A stretch of DNA of 64,000 bases from assembly GCF_032444005.1 (NCBI RefSeq), contig NC_091286.1:577654001-577718000 (forward strand), written 5' to 3'. Source of the DNA: Ranitomeya imitator. Lineage: Eukaryota. Positions within the stretch are counted from its first letter, which is position 1; each line of letters begins with the position of its first letter. Positions 37,001-50,262 of this stretch are shown piece by piece. Both the position numbers and the translations under genes were made by a program. The notes below the pieces were generated by a model that saw only the letters and a program-made list of their open reading frames with translations, had not been told where the DNA came from and did not search any database.

Positions 37001-40000
37001 CAGTTTTTCTTCTCAGAGTTCTTGCATACATAGTTTCTCTCAATGTACTGTCAATTAAATAATAATAAAAATAAAGCTACTCACCTAACCATGATCCAGA
37101 CTGCGCTTTGTACTGAAGCACAGCTTGCGCGATGTAGTGACATCAGTGTGCCTGCTGCGATCACAAACGCACAGGTCTGTGATGGAAGAGGGAGCTGAAA
37201 GTCCCTGTTCCATCATTCTTTTCACTGGTATCTGCATCCCCCTCTCTAGCAATGTGTGAGTGTCTCAGCAGTCGGACCCTCACCAATCTAGCAGTTATCA
37301 CAAGTGGATAAGTGATAACTTCTTGCAGTCGGAATGCCACTTTAATTCAAATAAGAGAAGGAATATACAATAGAAAAAAAGCCGTATTTGGATCTCTGCT
37401 ATCATGTTCCCTCTTTTCTGTGTGTACCTCTGATAGGAACAGACAAAAATATGTGAATCCATCTAACATAGATAATGAGAGAAAAGCATTATGCAACAAA
37501 GACAGGAGGTTAAAGGAGGGTTACCTGGGACTAGTTAATCTTTTTCTTATGGGTCTAAGAAATTACAGGCAGTTAGTTGCCAACTACCTGTTCTGCTCGG
37601 CACTGATCTCTGCTGGCTCAGATTGGTCACGGAACACTCCCTTCGAATCACTGATGCCATGTTGACAGAGCAGCTACCTCTCTTGCGCTCTGCTCTGTTT
37701 ACAGGGAATGCTAATACCATGCTAATTGACAATCGGCACCCCACTGCCTATCTGTGGGGAAATTGCACTCAATCAGCATGATGTTGGCAGTTATGCCCTA
37801 TTGACAGAGCAGTCCGGAAGAGAAAGAGCTGCTCTGTTGACGTGAGGTTAAATGATACAGCAGAATTGGTGGCGGTCTGTGATCGCTCTGAGTTGAAATC
37901 AGGCTGAACAGGCAGTTAGTTAGTGAATAACTGTCTGTTAGGCCTTAGCACCATGCGAAAAATAAAATAGTCATGGATAACTCCTTTAATGTCACTGGAT
38001 TCAACATGAGTTTACAGCTTTAATTATTTTAACAAATCAACTAAAGGGATGCTTTTTTATAACTATTTATGTTATCATTATTTTATTCTTGATGTCTTTT
38101 AATGTTATATTAGTAGATTTGGTTCTGGTCTACCTGTATCAAAATGCAAAAATGAATATAATTACTGCCCTTTTCCCTCTCCCAGGGGAAATGTTACAAC
38201 ACATATCACTCTCAGTATACATATATTGTATCTTTGTTCATTTCTTTTCAGAAGCTTCAGTTTCAGAAACCCATCAAAACCTTCTCCTATTGTCTCTTCA
38301 CTCATCCCTCCCCTCCCCCACTGCACAGAATACAATACAAATTCACATGTGTATGGTAATGTAAGAATAGCATCTCTCTCCGAATTTGCATTCTGCATGT
38401 CTTTTATTCATATCATGTCCACATGTTTCCTTTTGTATGAAAGTCATACTGAGAAATTAGATTATTCTTCATATAACCAATGTTATACTATTTGCAACAA
38501 CAGTCGACAGGAGGACTCATTTTCTTGCAGTCAGGATGAAACATACGTCCATATCAACATCTATATTCATGGTCAAAGGTCATTAGTAATGTTTTTATTC
38601 ATAGTATTTTAAAAGTGATACCTTCATTGGAGAACCGTACAATTCTATTTGCAAGTTTACAAATCTAATCTGGCTAGCATAGCAGCACACTATGACCCCA
38701 ATTAATTAGGACTAGCGTTTCGTACACCAGTTTTAATGAAGGGCGCCTCTTATCAATCGTGTGTGCACGCTGTGTGCCTTCCCAGAAATGTTACTCCAGT
38801 CAGGGGGCAGTGTGGAGTAACATTTCTGGCAAAATATATGGTGCCATTTTGTATGAATTTGTCAGGCAGGCATTGCCACCCGTACACCTCTCCCCCAGCA
38901 CTGTCTAACTTGGGGCAGCTAGTCGAAAATGGTGTAAAGATGTCAAAAGTTGCAAAGAATTTTTGACCAACTTTGCATTGTGCCCAAAAATTGTGACTTT
39001 TCAAAGTGTTTTACGCCAGCCCTACAGATGTCAAGTTTATGATATATATATATATAGCTCACCATATTTGTACAAGCCATTACCATGGCTGGTCAGCATA
39101 GACCTACGCATGGTCAATATGTCTTTCACATGACAAGTCTCACCTCTGGCCAACGAAACAGTTTTCAGCCTTCAAAATACCGGACTAAAGATTCCAAGTG
39201 CACCTTGATGAGTACTCCGAGGGCATCCACCATTTTGAACTAGCACAGCCTCACTTCATGCAACCAAAATATCTAAGTATAGGCAAGGATCTGACTCTGA
39301 ATCCAATTAACACTGTAACCTTAACTAAAACCAAGTTCAAATCCAGTCTGGGAGATTTCACCCAGAGTACTAATGATCCACTGAATTCCAAGTAACACAC
39401 AGTTAATATAGATAATTTAATGTCCGAAATCATAAATCTAACTAATTGTTGTCCTAAGACAACTTTGTTTACTTTGTAAACTTCCAAAAACTTCTTCTAA
39501 ATGGGGTTTTCTTACCATACGCATAGGAATAGGTGAAAAATGTCTCTTTGCATGCGTCCACTTTTCTGGGCCTCCCAGTGTTCCCTGGTATAGGAGTCGA
39601 TTTCTCTCCCAGTACCACCCGCAGTGAGAATGAATGCAGTGGTGGTCATGTAAGTTTAATGCTACTTCATACAATGTCAATGGAGTTCACCAAAACAACG
39701 AGCTCTGTACTTCGCTGTCGTGGTCAATCTCATAGACTTTGAATAAACAGCACCGATCGATTCAAGGCTTTCCTGGTGCAGTGACGAGGAACATGGAGCT
39801 CAGTACACCTGTCTAGTGATTGTGGCAGTTCACATGATCTTACGCGGTCACACATTTATCATCTATCCTGCTGGCTATGCCTTAATCCAACCGAATGTAG
39901 ATTACATGATGTCCCTAAGAACATAGATTGCAGACTAGTTTTGGATAATGTACCTTGTCCTCAGATGTCGTTCTAGATATAAACATCAAGATTACTACAC

Positions 40001-41023
40001 ATTAATCTAGACTTTTTTTCCCAAAGGGTTTTTACTTCTTTAATTTCAAAAAGGTCTTCAGCATACAGAGGACGCAGGAATAAAGTTTGTTTTTTAAATC
40101 CGCCATGCTTTAGCTAATAAGGACACTTTAGAAAGCACGGGAGAAGAACAATCAGCCGGTGACTGCATCTTGGAGAGCAAAAAACTTCTGACAAGTTCTT
40201 TTTAACAACTAGATTTCCTCATTACAATAGCAATACTTTTACTTCCATTGGATCAACTGGAATTTGTTGATATGAAAGGTTAAACCTAATAGACACATGT
40301 TATTTTTCAACACATAAGCTACGTAACTTCATATCCACTGAAAGACAGAAATTCCAGGAACGTGAATCCTTAAAATAGTAATGTATTATACTGTACATGG
40401 AAAAAAGCCAACAAAAATCCAACTCCAATACTAATAAAAAGTAGACGTGTTTAAGATGCAGTCCTCACTGATTGCAATGAGTAAGGACTGCGTCCGCTTT
40501 TTTATCGATGTACTTTTAATAATTTTCGACTTTTCTCTTTGTATAATAAATTTCCATGTTATGGATTCAAGTTGCTGGAATTTCTGTGTCTTGGTATCCA
40601 GGACTTGCTTTGCAACAAGGCTTCCTTGCAATCTGGATCTTTATTTTCCCAGGTGAGCTGATCTTCCCTTTGGTTTTTCATTTTTATCCATTGACTTTGT
40701 TTGCACTAATCATGCAGACATTTAAATATGTACAAATTTGAGGAAAAAAGTGGACAAGCACATCCAAAGATAAAAAAAAAAATCTTCAGGTTTTATTATA
40801 AATCCATCCAATCCGTTAAAAATCCATATATGAAAAGTGATACAGAAACCATTATGGTGCGTTTCTGTCGCTAACTGCACCCTTAGTCATAGAGCATGAT
40901 TACTGGAGTGTTACAACCACATATAAAAGAAAAAGCAAACCACATTTACCACATGTCAACTAGTTAATTAGCATAAATATAAAGAACCCGGCACTCAACT
41001 TTAATGCAACTTGAAATTTATTT

Positions 41024-41071
41024 CGTAGTACACAAAATGTTTCGGCCTTGTGTGGCCTTCATCAGTTACGT
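41024..41071 (-). ncRNA. Hammerhead ribozyme motif in a short PLE 3' fragment
   Basis: The minus strand reads CGUAA-CUGAUGA-A-GGCC-ACACAA-GGCC-GAA-ACAU-UUU-GUGU-A-CUACG. The core is intact with a GUA triplet; stem I is short with one mismatch. AATAAA follows. Confidence 0.65.
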
Positions 41072-41998
41072 ACTTCAGGGTGACTGTGTATCGCTAGATG
41101 AGCGTAATATAGTAGATCCAATGGGAATCACTGAAAAAAAGGGCTGCCTTAGTCTTATCAAGGGACCTGACGCGGTGTCCACCGCTTGTCGGCGTGAGTG
41201 CCCGGGCACATCTCTAGAATTCGACCTTTTCTTACCTTTAATTATGCAAAAACTTACTGTTGCTCTTATTCATACTCGTCTGGACTCAATTAATCAGTCT
41301 CCCTCTTACTAAACTTTCCCCTCTCGAATCCATTCTGAATGCAGCAGAAGGAACCTTTTCCTCGCCAACCACTACAGGGATGCCTCTACCCTGTGCCAGC
41401 CATTGCATTCGCTGCCCATCTGCTGCAAAGTCCAATGTAAACTTATCACTCTCACTCACTAAGCTATCTACAGTTGTGCACCGCCTCATATCTCCTCCCT
41501 CATGTCTCTCTATCACCCTACCGGTGTCCTCCTTTCCGCTGGTGACCTAAGACTAACATCCTCAGTAATTCGAACCTCCGACTCCCGTCTCCAAGACTTA
41601 TTGCCAGCTGCACCACTTCTCTGGAATGCACTACCCAGGACAATTCGATTCATTCCCAATACCCACAGTTTTAAGTCTGCTCTAAAAACATACTTCTTCA
41701 GATTGGCCTATCACCTCACTTATGTAACTATTCCAGTTTTGCCCTTCAAAATTTTTCTTCAAAATCATAACCATCATAGCACCTGCTCACACACCGTCTA
41801 TGCACTTAATAGCCCTGTGTCTGTACCTGTACACATACTGGCTGGTGACCGATTCATGCAGCATTACGTGAATACACTATTTATTATATTGATGGACCGT
41901 ACAATACAAGCACTTTTTACCATTCACCTTTCGTATCTCCCCTATTTCCTCATAGATTGTAAGCAGGGCCCTCACTCCTCTAGGTACCCGTTGATTAA

Positions 41999-42748
41999 GG
42001 CTGGTTTCACACTTGCGTTTCAAAATGCATGTGTTTTTTTAAAAAAAAAGCATGGTGAAAAAACGCATGTAAACGCGTGCAAGCGCTGCGTTTTTTTTTA
42101 CGCATGCGTTTTTGCATGTGGTGAAAAAAACGCGGCGTTTTGACACGTTTACATGCGTTTTTTCATGCGTTTGCGTTTTTTAAACGCATGCAGATAAATG
42201 TGTGACAGCTGCCAATCATTAAAATAAAGTAAAAAACCCACTANNNNNNNNNNNNNNNNNNNNNNNNNNNNNNNNNNNNNNNNNNNNNNNNNNNNNNNNN
42301 NNNNNNNNNNNNNNNNNNNNNNNNNNNNNNNNNNNNNNNNNNNNNNNNNNNNNNNNNNNNNNNNNNNNNNNNNNNNNNNNNNNNNNNNNNNNNNNNNNNN
42401 NNNNNNNNNNNNTTTTATGGTGTGGGGTGGTTTATCAGTGTGTGTTTTTGTTTTTTTTTTAAAAAAGCATGCCTTTTTAACGCATGCAAACGCATGTGGT
42501 TAAAAACGCATGCGTTTACATAGACAGCAATGCATTTTTTGCTGCAAAAAAAGCCGCTAAAAATACTACGTTGCATTTCTGCAACACAACGCATGCAGAA
42601 AAAAATGCATGCGTTGCAAAAACGCGTCAAAACGCATACAAAAAAACGCATGCGTTTTTAATGTTAAATATAGGGAATAAAAACGCATGCTTTTTTTGCG
42701 TTTTTTACCGCAAAAACGCAAAAAAAAAACGCAAATGTGAAACCACCC
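41999..42748. mobile_element. PIF/Harbinger-type MITE (AAAACGCATG-rich family), spanning an assembly gap
   Basis: GGCTGGTTTCACA...TGTGAAACCACCC; TAA/TTA flanks; same family as 54083-55578. Confidence 0.8.
42244..42412. other. Assembly gap
   Basis: Run of N. Confidence 1.
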
Positions 42749-43147
42749 TTATGTGTTATTCTGTAATGTCTTTATTGTCTGTACAAGTCCCTTCTGTAAT
42801 GTAAAGCGCTGCAAAATATATTGGTGATATAGAAAGAAAAAAATATTATTATAGTGTGTCTGAAATGGCGGAATTAGATAAGGGTATGCACTCTTTTTCT
42901 GTGATGTATAGTATGCAATCAGGAATTGTGTAGTGGGGGAGTAATTGCTACAACTAGAACAGATCTCTCATAGAAATTATTGGCATAACATTTCTGCAAA
43001 TGTAAAGTTTGCAAATGAAGGCAATATTTGATGTTAAGGGGCACAGGTAGGCAGACTAAGCCTTCTTGATGTTCTGGGCATGGGTTCCAGGATGAGTCCA
43101 CTACCTATGGTCACTGAATTTCAGAATGATAGCTGTTGGATAGCCAG

Positions 43148-43457
43148 TAGTGATGAGTGAGTGTACTCGTTGCTTGGGTTTTCCAGAGCACGCTCAGGTG
43201 ATCTCCGAATATTTGTTATTGCTCGGAGATTTAGTTTTCGTTGCCGCAGCTGCATGGTTTACGGCTGCTAGACAGGCTGAATACATGTGAGGAATGCCTG
43301 TTTGTTAGGGAATTCCCACATGTGTTCAGGCTGTCCAGCAGCTGTAAATCATGCAGCTGAGGGATGAAAACTAAATCTCTGAGCACTCACAAATATTCGG
43401 AGATCACCTGAGCGTGCTCGGGAAAACCCAAGCAACGAGTATACTTGCTCATCACTA
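43148..43457. mobile_element. hAT MITE (TAGTGATGAGCGA family)
   Basis: TIRs; TSD ATAGCCAG/ATCGCCAG. Confidence 0.88.
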
Positions 43458-43656
43458 ATCGCCAGCTGTTGATATCAATGCCTTCTTTTGCCATATTCAT
43501 AGGTATAACACATATACCTCCTTTCAGATCACCCTCTCCATACATGCGGAGAGCCGACCTGTCACCCCACTATATTATATATCTGTTGTGGGGTGAGACA
43601 CTTCTTATAGCTCCTTCACCGCTTTAACAGGGAAATGTGTACATGTAACACTACAA

Positions 43657-43970
43657 GGCTATGTTCACACGTTGCTTTTTTGCTGCATTTTTTTCTGCAG
43701 CTGAAATCTGATATTTCAGCAGTAAAAAAAGGTTACAGCCAAAATGTAGGTTTAGCTGGTTCTTTTTGCTGCTTTTCTGGCACTCGCTCACATTCTCACT
43801 CACCTGCTGCCGTTTTCAAATATGCAGCAGTTTTCCAATTCAGTTAGGAAAAAAATGAAGCGTGTGCATGAGATTTCTGAAATCTCATAGCTTTTGCTGG
43901 TACTGTAAAATGCAGATTTAAATTTGCATGAAAAAAACGTAGAAAAAAAACAGACCGTGTGAACATCGCC
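43657..43970. mobile_element. PIF/Harbinger-type MITE
   Basis: GGCTATGTTCACACG...CGTGTGAACATCGCC; CAA/TAA flanks. Confidence 0.7.
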
Positions 43971-44702
43971 TAAAACTCTATCTGATTGAAATTTTTTGTC
44001 AACATTTTGTTTCTATCCACATGATTGATGATAAATGCATGGTCTTTGCGGGTCTAACCACAGGGACCCCCACTGATTTCAAGAATGGAGGGACACCGTC
44101 TCCTTTGTGATTGGAACAGTAGTGTGCATTAGTGATCACTGCTCCTTTCATTGTGTTTCAAAGTGGTGGTCAATGGTCAACACACATGTTCCCTACAGCT
44201 CCATCCACATAGTAAACAAGAGGCCCCCCATTCTCGGGATTAAGGTACCGTCACATTAACCCCTTCACCCCCGGGGCTTTTTTCGCTTTTTCGTTTTCGT
44301 TTTTCGCTCCCCTCCTTCCCAGAGCCATAACTTTTTTATTTTTCCGTCAATATGGCCATGTGAGGGCTTATTTTTTGCGGGACGAGATGTACTTTTGAAC
44401 GACATCATTGGTTTTACCATGCCGTGTAACAGAAAACGGGAAAAAAATTCCAAGTGTGATGAAATTGCAAAAAAAGTGCAATATCACACTTGTTTTTTGT
44501 TTGGCTTTTTTGCTAGGTTCACCAAATGCTAAAACTGACCTGCCATTATGATTCTCCAGGTCATTACGAGTTCATATGGAGAGAAAACACCGTGTGCACA
44601 GCTACAAAACCGGTGCTAAGACTTAGGTTCCCAAACCATCAATATATATATAACATAGAAGTCTAGCACTCAACTTCAGTAACCGTAGAAACGATTTTAT
44701 TA

Positions 44703-44750
44703 GTAGCACAAGAAACGTTTCAGTCCCTTGGGACTTTCATCAGTCACTAC
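44703..44750 (-). ncRNA. Hammerhead ribozyme (left arm)
   Basis: GUAGUGA-CUGAUGA-A-AGUCCC-AA-GGGACU-GAAAC-GUU-UCUUGUGCUAC; intact core, palindromic ACGU stem III, predicted GUU triplet. Confidence 0.75.
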
Positions 44751-45995
44751 AACAACATAAAAAAAGGAATATAACAAAAAAAGAAGTACATCCTGTACAA
44801 AAATAACTAAAGTATATACAAAAGAGATACAAATAAACAGACAAGGTAAACTTGAAGTTTTAGGTCATAACTAGAGGCAACGCATATATCGTTTATGGAT
44901 GTGTAAAAGAGGAAATGATAGCAAATAACCCAGCTGGGTGTCGATATGATAAAAGAACGTGACTAGGCCCGGGGACGGGACAAAGCAGATAGATAGGAAC
45001 AAGGATAAACATATCGTGCCTATGAGGGCCAATCAGGAAAGTGGAACGGAGCTGAGTCAGATAGAAAACAACCAGGCAGGGTGTAAGTACAATGAGTAAT
45101 TGTGAAAGAGCCAGTGGGCTGAGCAGAGAAAATGGGTACAATGAATAGGTAGAGAAGATGGACACACATACCGTGCCTATGAAGGCCAATAGGGCCAGTA
45201 GGAATGAGCTGAAAAAGATGTAGCAGACTATGGCGCCTAAAATGAGAGGGGAACAAAAAGGCATATGAGAGCCAGATGACGGCAGGGTATGGGGAAACCG
45301 GGGGAAAAAGCCCCCTTATACTTACATAGGTAGAACGCCCTAATAGCGTGGATGGAGTAAGAAAAAAGGCTGTAGAAAAGACACAGAAGTGAATATAACA
45401 TATGTGTAAGGATAAGGAAGAGAGGTAAAAAATGTTTTTTTCCCCCGGTTTCCCCATACCCTGCCGTCATCTGGCTCTCATATGCCTTTTTGTTCCCCTC
45501 TCATTTTAGGCACCATAGTCTGCTACATCTTTTTCAGCTCATTCCTACTGGCCCTATTGGCCTTCATAGGCACGGTATGTGTGTCCATCTTCTCTACCTA
45601 TTCATTGTACCCATTTTCTCTGCTCAGCCTATTGGCTCTTTCACTATTGCTCATTGTACTTACACCCTGCCTGGTTGTTTTCTATCTGACTCAGCTCCGT
45701 TCCACTTTCCTGATTGGCCCTCATAGGCACGATATGTTTATCCTTGCTTCAATCTATCTGCCTTGTCCCGTCCCCGGGCCTAGTCACGTTCTTTTATCAT
45801 ATCGACACCCAGCTGGGTTATTTGCTATCATTTCCTCTTTTACACATCCACAAATGATATATGCGTTGCCTCTAGTTATGACCTAAAACTTCAAGTTTAC
45901 CTTGTCTGTTTATTTGTACCTCTTTTGTATATACTTTAGTTATTTTTGTACAGGATGTACTTCTTTTTTTGTTATATTCCTTTTTTTATGTTGTT

Positions 45996-46043
45996 GTAGT
46001 GACTGATGAAAGTCCCAAGGGACTGAAACGTTTCTTGTGCTAC
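45996..46043 (+). ncRNA. Hammerhead ribozyme (right arm)
   Basis: Same motif on the plus strand; AATAAA at 46045-46050. Confidence 0.75.
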
Positions 46044-48919
46044 TAATAAAATCGTTTCTACGGTTACTGAAGTTGAGTGCTAGACTTCTATGTTATATAT
46101 ATTACGAGTTCATAGACACCTAACATGTTTAGGTTATTTTTTTATCTAAGTGGTGAAAAAAATTCCAAAGTTTGCTAAAAACATAAATTAAAAAATTGCG
46201 TGATTTTCTGATACCCGTAGCGTTTCCAACTTTCGTGATCTGGGGTCAGGTGAGGGCTTATTTTTTGCATGCCGAGCTGAGGTTTATAATGATACCATTT
46301 TGGTGCAGATACGTTCTTTTGATCGCCCGATATTGTATTTTAATGCAATGTTGCGGCGACCAAAAAAACGTAATTTTGGCGTTTTGATTTTTTTTTTGCT
46401 ACGCCATTTAGCGATCAGGTTAATCCTTTGTTTTATTGATAGATCGGGCGATTCTGAACGCGGCGATACCAAATATGTGTATGTTTGATTTTTTTTTATT
46501 GTTTTATTTTAATTGGGGCGAAAGGGGGGTGATTTGAACTGTTATATATTTTTTATTTTTTTTATATTTTTAAACACTTTTTTTTTAAATTTTGGCATGC
46601 TTCAATAGCCTCCATAGGAGGCTAGAAGCATGCACTACACGATCGGCTCTGCTACATAGAGGTGAAGTACAGATCACCTCTATGTAGCAGAAAGGCAGGT
46701 GTACTTTGATCGCCGACCACAGGGTGGCGATCAAAGCAATCAGCCATCAACAACCATAGAGGTCTCAAGGAGACCTCTGGTTGTTATGGCAATGCACCGC
46801 TGACCCCCGATCATGTGACGGGTGTCAGCGGTGCGAGCACCTCCGGCCGCGCGGCCGGGAGCGCTAGTTAAATGCTGCTGTCAGCGCTTGACGGCGGCAT
46901 TTAACTAGTTAATGGGCGCGAGCGGATCGCGATTCCGCTCGCGCTCATTGCGCGCACATGTCAGCTGTACAAAACAGCTGACATGTCGCGGCTTTGAGGT
47001 GGGCTCACCGCCGGAGTCCACCTCAAAGCGGGGGATCAGCCAGCTGACGTACTATTCCGTCAGCTGGCAGAAAGGGGTTAAGCAACGCTGCAGCGATATA
47101 GACAACAATGCCGATCGCTGCAGCGTCGCTGTTTAGTCGTTGTGTGGTCGCTGGAGAGCTGTCACACAGACGGCTCTCCAGCGACCAACGATGCCGAAGT
47201 CCCTGGGTAACCAGGGTAAACATCGGGTTACTAAGTGCAGGGCCGCGCTTAGTAACCCGATGTTTACCCTGGTTACCATTGTAAATGTAAAAAAAAATAA
47301 ACACTACATACTTACATTCCGGTGTCTGTCGCGTCCCCCGGCGTCAGCTCCCCTGCACTGTGTAAGCGCCGGCCGTAAAGCAGAGCAGTGACGTCACCGC
47401 TGTCTCTGCTTTACGGCCGGCCGGCGCTGACACAGTGCAGGGAAGCAGAACGCCGGGGGACGCGACAGACACCGGAATGTAAGTATGTAGTGTTTGGGTT
47501 TTTTTACATTTACAATGGTAACCAGGGTAAATATCGGGTTACTAAGCGTGGCCCTGCACTTAGTAACCCGATGTTTACCCTGATTACAAGTGAAGACATC
47601 GCTGGATCGGCGTCACACACACCGATTCAGCGATGTCAGCGGGTGATCCAGCGACGAAATAAAGTTCTGGACTTCTAGCTCCGAAAAGCGATGTCACAGC
47701 AGGGGCCTGATCGCTGCTGCGTGTCAAACACAACAATATCGCTATCCAGGACGCTGCAACGTCACGGATCGCTATCGTTATCGTTCTAAAGTCGCTCAGT
47801 GTGAAGGTACCTTTAGTACCAGATTCTCTGTGATCACATATTTATTATCTATACTGAGGATAGGTGATTGATTAGAATTGTTGTTATGAGATAACCCCTC
47901 TAACTAATGAACTCATTGTTTGAACGTCCTCCCCAATGACCCTAATGGCACCATGGGTGGCAGCCACCTACTTCATCTCCCCCTCATCCTAACCGTACAC
48001 ATACTGTAGGTTTTGCCTACCCATTGCCTTGCACATAAGTAATGTCTTTCCTGAGTATAACAATATTACAAGTTATAGTTATTTTTTTTTTCCAATAGCC
48101 ATGTGGGGTGAAACCTGCATTAATAATTGCTGTCTGTTATTCCAGGCAGGACTGTAATGTGTTGGCAGACAATGAGATTACTGCTCAGCAAAATGGGTTA
48201 ATTGATTTAACATTATGTACAGTAGACTACTCTTCTGAGCATATACTGTAATGTGCTGCTGGGTTTACAACAAATCTTCCCTTATAACCCATGGTGCCTG
48301 CAGCAAACGTCTTTAAGTATTGTCTTATTATTCTATTGCTCTCAAACGAATATAAAGGAATTGTCTTTACAGCTGATCACTGAGGACCCTTGTAGCAAAA
48401 AGGGATTGCAAAGAACAACCAAGCACCCTTCTAATTGATAGCAATCTTGCTGCTACTCTGTATTTATCTGTTCCTTGTTATGTTACATACTACTGTTCTT
48501 AAAAAAATATATAGAAAAAAAAAAAAAAAAGAATAATCAGGCAATCAGCATTGTAGGTAACTTCCGCTGCTGGTAGTGTGTCCACAACAGGGGCGGACAT
48601 ATTGCCGATACAACCGGTGCAGTTGCATCAGGACCCGGAGGCGGAGGGACGTCCAAGGATGCACATTCAGGTGACATGTATTGCGTTGCAGAGAACCCGC
48701 CTGCTCCCTGCCCTGCAATACATGCCGTCGGCCAATCAGTGGCAAGCAGCTGACATCGACTTTCCTGGGATAGGGGGTGCATGGCAGTGATATAATGAAC
48801 CATGACGGAGACACCATGGGAAACAGCTGTCAGCTCCCATGCCATATGTAGAAGAGGACCACTCGAAGTGTGGGAATGTGGGGGAAAGTAAGTAGTGTCG
48901 TTTGTTTTTCATTTGTTAC

Positions 48920-49155
48920 AAAACAGGGCACATTATGCAAGGATGGGAAACATACATATCTGCATGGGGCACATTATAGCAAGATGGAGGATATATATAC
49001 TTGGATGGGGCAAGATGGAGGACATATATACTAGGATGGGGGCACATTATACCAGGGTGGGGCATATATATACCAGGATGTGGGACATGTATACCTGGTT
49101 GAGGGACATGTGTGTATACCTGGTTGAGGGACATGTATACCAGGATGGGGGGCAT
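48920..49155. repeat. Degenerate ~22-bp minisatellite (ATATACCAGGATGGGGCAC-type)
   Basis: Recurring GGATGGGG/CACATATATAC units. Confidence 0.7.
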
Positions 49156-49163
49156 TAAACATA

Positions 49164-50262
49164 CAGTTGTGATCAAAAGATTACATACCCCAGCAGAATT
49201 TTTGCTTTCTTGGCCTTTTTTCAGAGAATAGGAATGATAAGACCAAAACTTTTTCCCCATTCATGGCTAGTGGTTGGGTGAAGCCATTTATTGTCAAACT
49301 ACTGTGTTTTCTATTTTTAAATCATAGTTACCAAGAAAACCATTGGTAACACATTACGCTGTAAAGGTTTAAAATCCTGCAGTGCCCACAAGGTCCCCCT
49401 GCTCAAGAAGGCACATGTGCAGGCCCAACTGAAGTTTGCCAGTGAACACCTGGATGATTCTGTGAGTGATTGGGAGAAGGTGCTGTGGTCAGATGAGACA
49501 CAAATTGAGGTATTTGGTATTAGCTCAGCTTGCCATATTTTGAGGAAGAGAAATGCTGCCTATGACCATCCCCACTGTCAAGCATGGAGGTGGAAACATT
49601 ATGTTTTGAGGGTATTTCTCTGCTAAGAGCACAGGACTACTTCACCGCATGAATGGGAGAATGGATGGAGCATGTACCGTAAAATCCTGAGTGATAACCT
49701 CCTTCCCTCCACCAGGACATTAAAAATGGGTCATGGATTTGTCTACCAGCAAGACAATGACCCAAAACATACAGCGAAGGCAACAAAGGAGTGGCTCAAA
49801 AAGAAGCACATTAAGGTCATGGAGTGGCCTTGCCAGTCTCCAGACCTTAATGCCATAGAAAACTTATGAAGAGAGTTGAAGCTCCGAGTTGCCAAGCAAC
49901 AGCCTCAAAATCTTAATGATTTTCAGATGATTTGCAAAGAGGAGTGGACCAGAATTCCTCCTAACATGTGCACAAACCTCATCGTCAACTACAAAAAACG
50001 TCTGACTGCTGTGCTTACCAGCAAGGGTTTTGCCACTAAGTATTAAGTCTTGTTTGCCAGAGGGATCAAATACTTATTTCTCACTGTAAAATGCAAATAC
50101 ATTTATATAATTTATACAATTTGATTTTCTGCATTTTATTTTTCATATGCTATCTCTCAATGTTAAAATTAACCTATTCTTAAAACTATAGACTGTTCAT
50201 GACTTTGTCAATGGGCAAAGTTACAATATCAGCAATGGATCAAATGCTTATTTGCCCCACTG
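49164..50262 (+). mobile_element. Tc1-family DNA transposon relic, probably chimeric
   Basis: TA flanks at both ends; the left end CAGTTGTGATCAAAAG does not match the right end (reverse complement CAGTGGGGCAAATAAG). Confidence 0.85.
49327..50046 (+). pseudogene. Tc1 DD34E transposase, N-terminally deleted and frameshifted
   Basis: [15 protein letters not shown] and [14 protein letters not shown], with 34 residues between D and E; ends KGFATKY-stop. Confidence 0.92.

Larger units (their letters stand above)
41300..42850 (+). mobile_element. L2-clade LINE 3' fragment interrupted by a Harbinger MITE
   Basis: Degenerate RT C-terminus (LESILNAA...; APLLWNALPRTIRFIP...FKSALKTYFFRLAY) and an L2-type tail TGTAAAGCGCTGC...TATTATTAT near 42800-42850. 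Confidence 0.8.
44577..46100 (-). mobile_element. Non-coding palindromic PLE-type element with two hammerhead ribozymes
   Basis: 14-bp TSD ATTACGAGTTCATA (44563-44576, 46101-46114); inverted arms at ~44643-45309 and ~45437-46100; ~127-bp spacer; ~66-bp unpaired tail at 44577-44642. Confidence 0.92.
44260..47077. mobile_element. piggyBac-type non-autonomous element
   Basis: TTAA|CCCCTT...AAGGGG|TTAA; no transposase ORF. Confidence 0.85.
44244..47811. mobile_element. Harbinger-type MITE hosting nested insertions
   Basis: GGTACCGTCACA...TGTGAAGGTACC; the body resumes at 47082 after the TTAA duplication and has internal inverted CAGGGTAAA/AGTAACCCGATG blocks. Confidence 0.8.

Noticed and set aside
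44893-45886. Duplicated hydrophobic ORFs (MPFCSPLILG...) on both strands
   Set aside because: They arise from the inverted arms and pyrimidine-rich composition, and their frames end differently.
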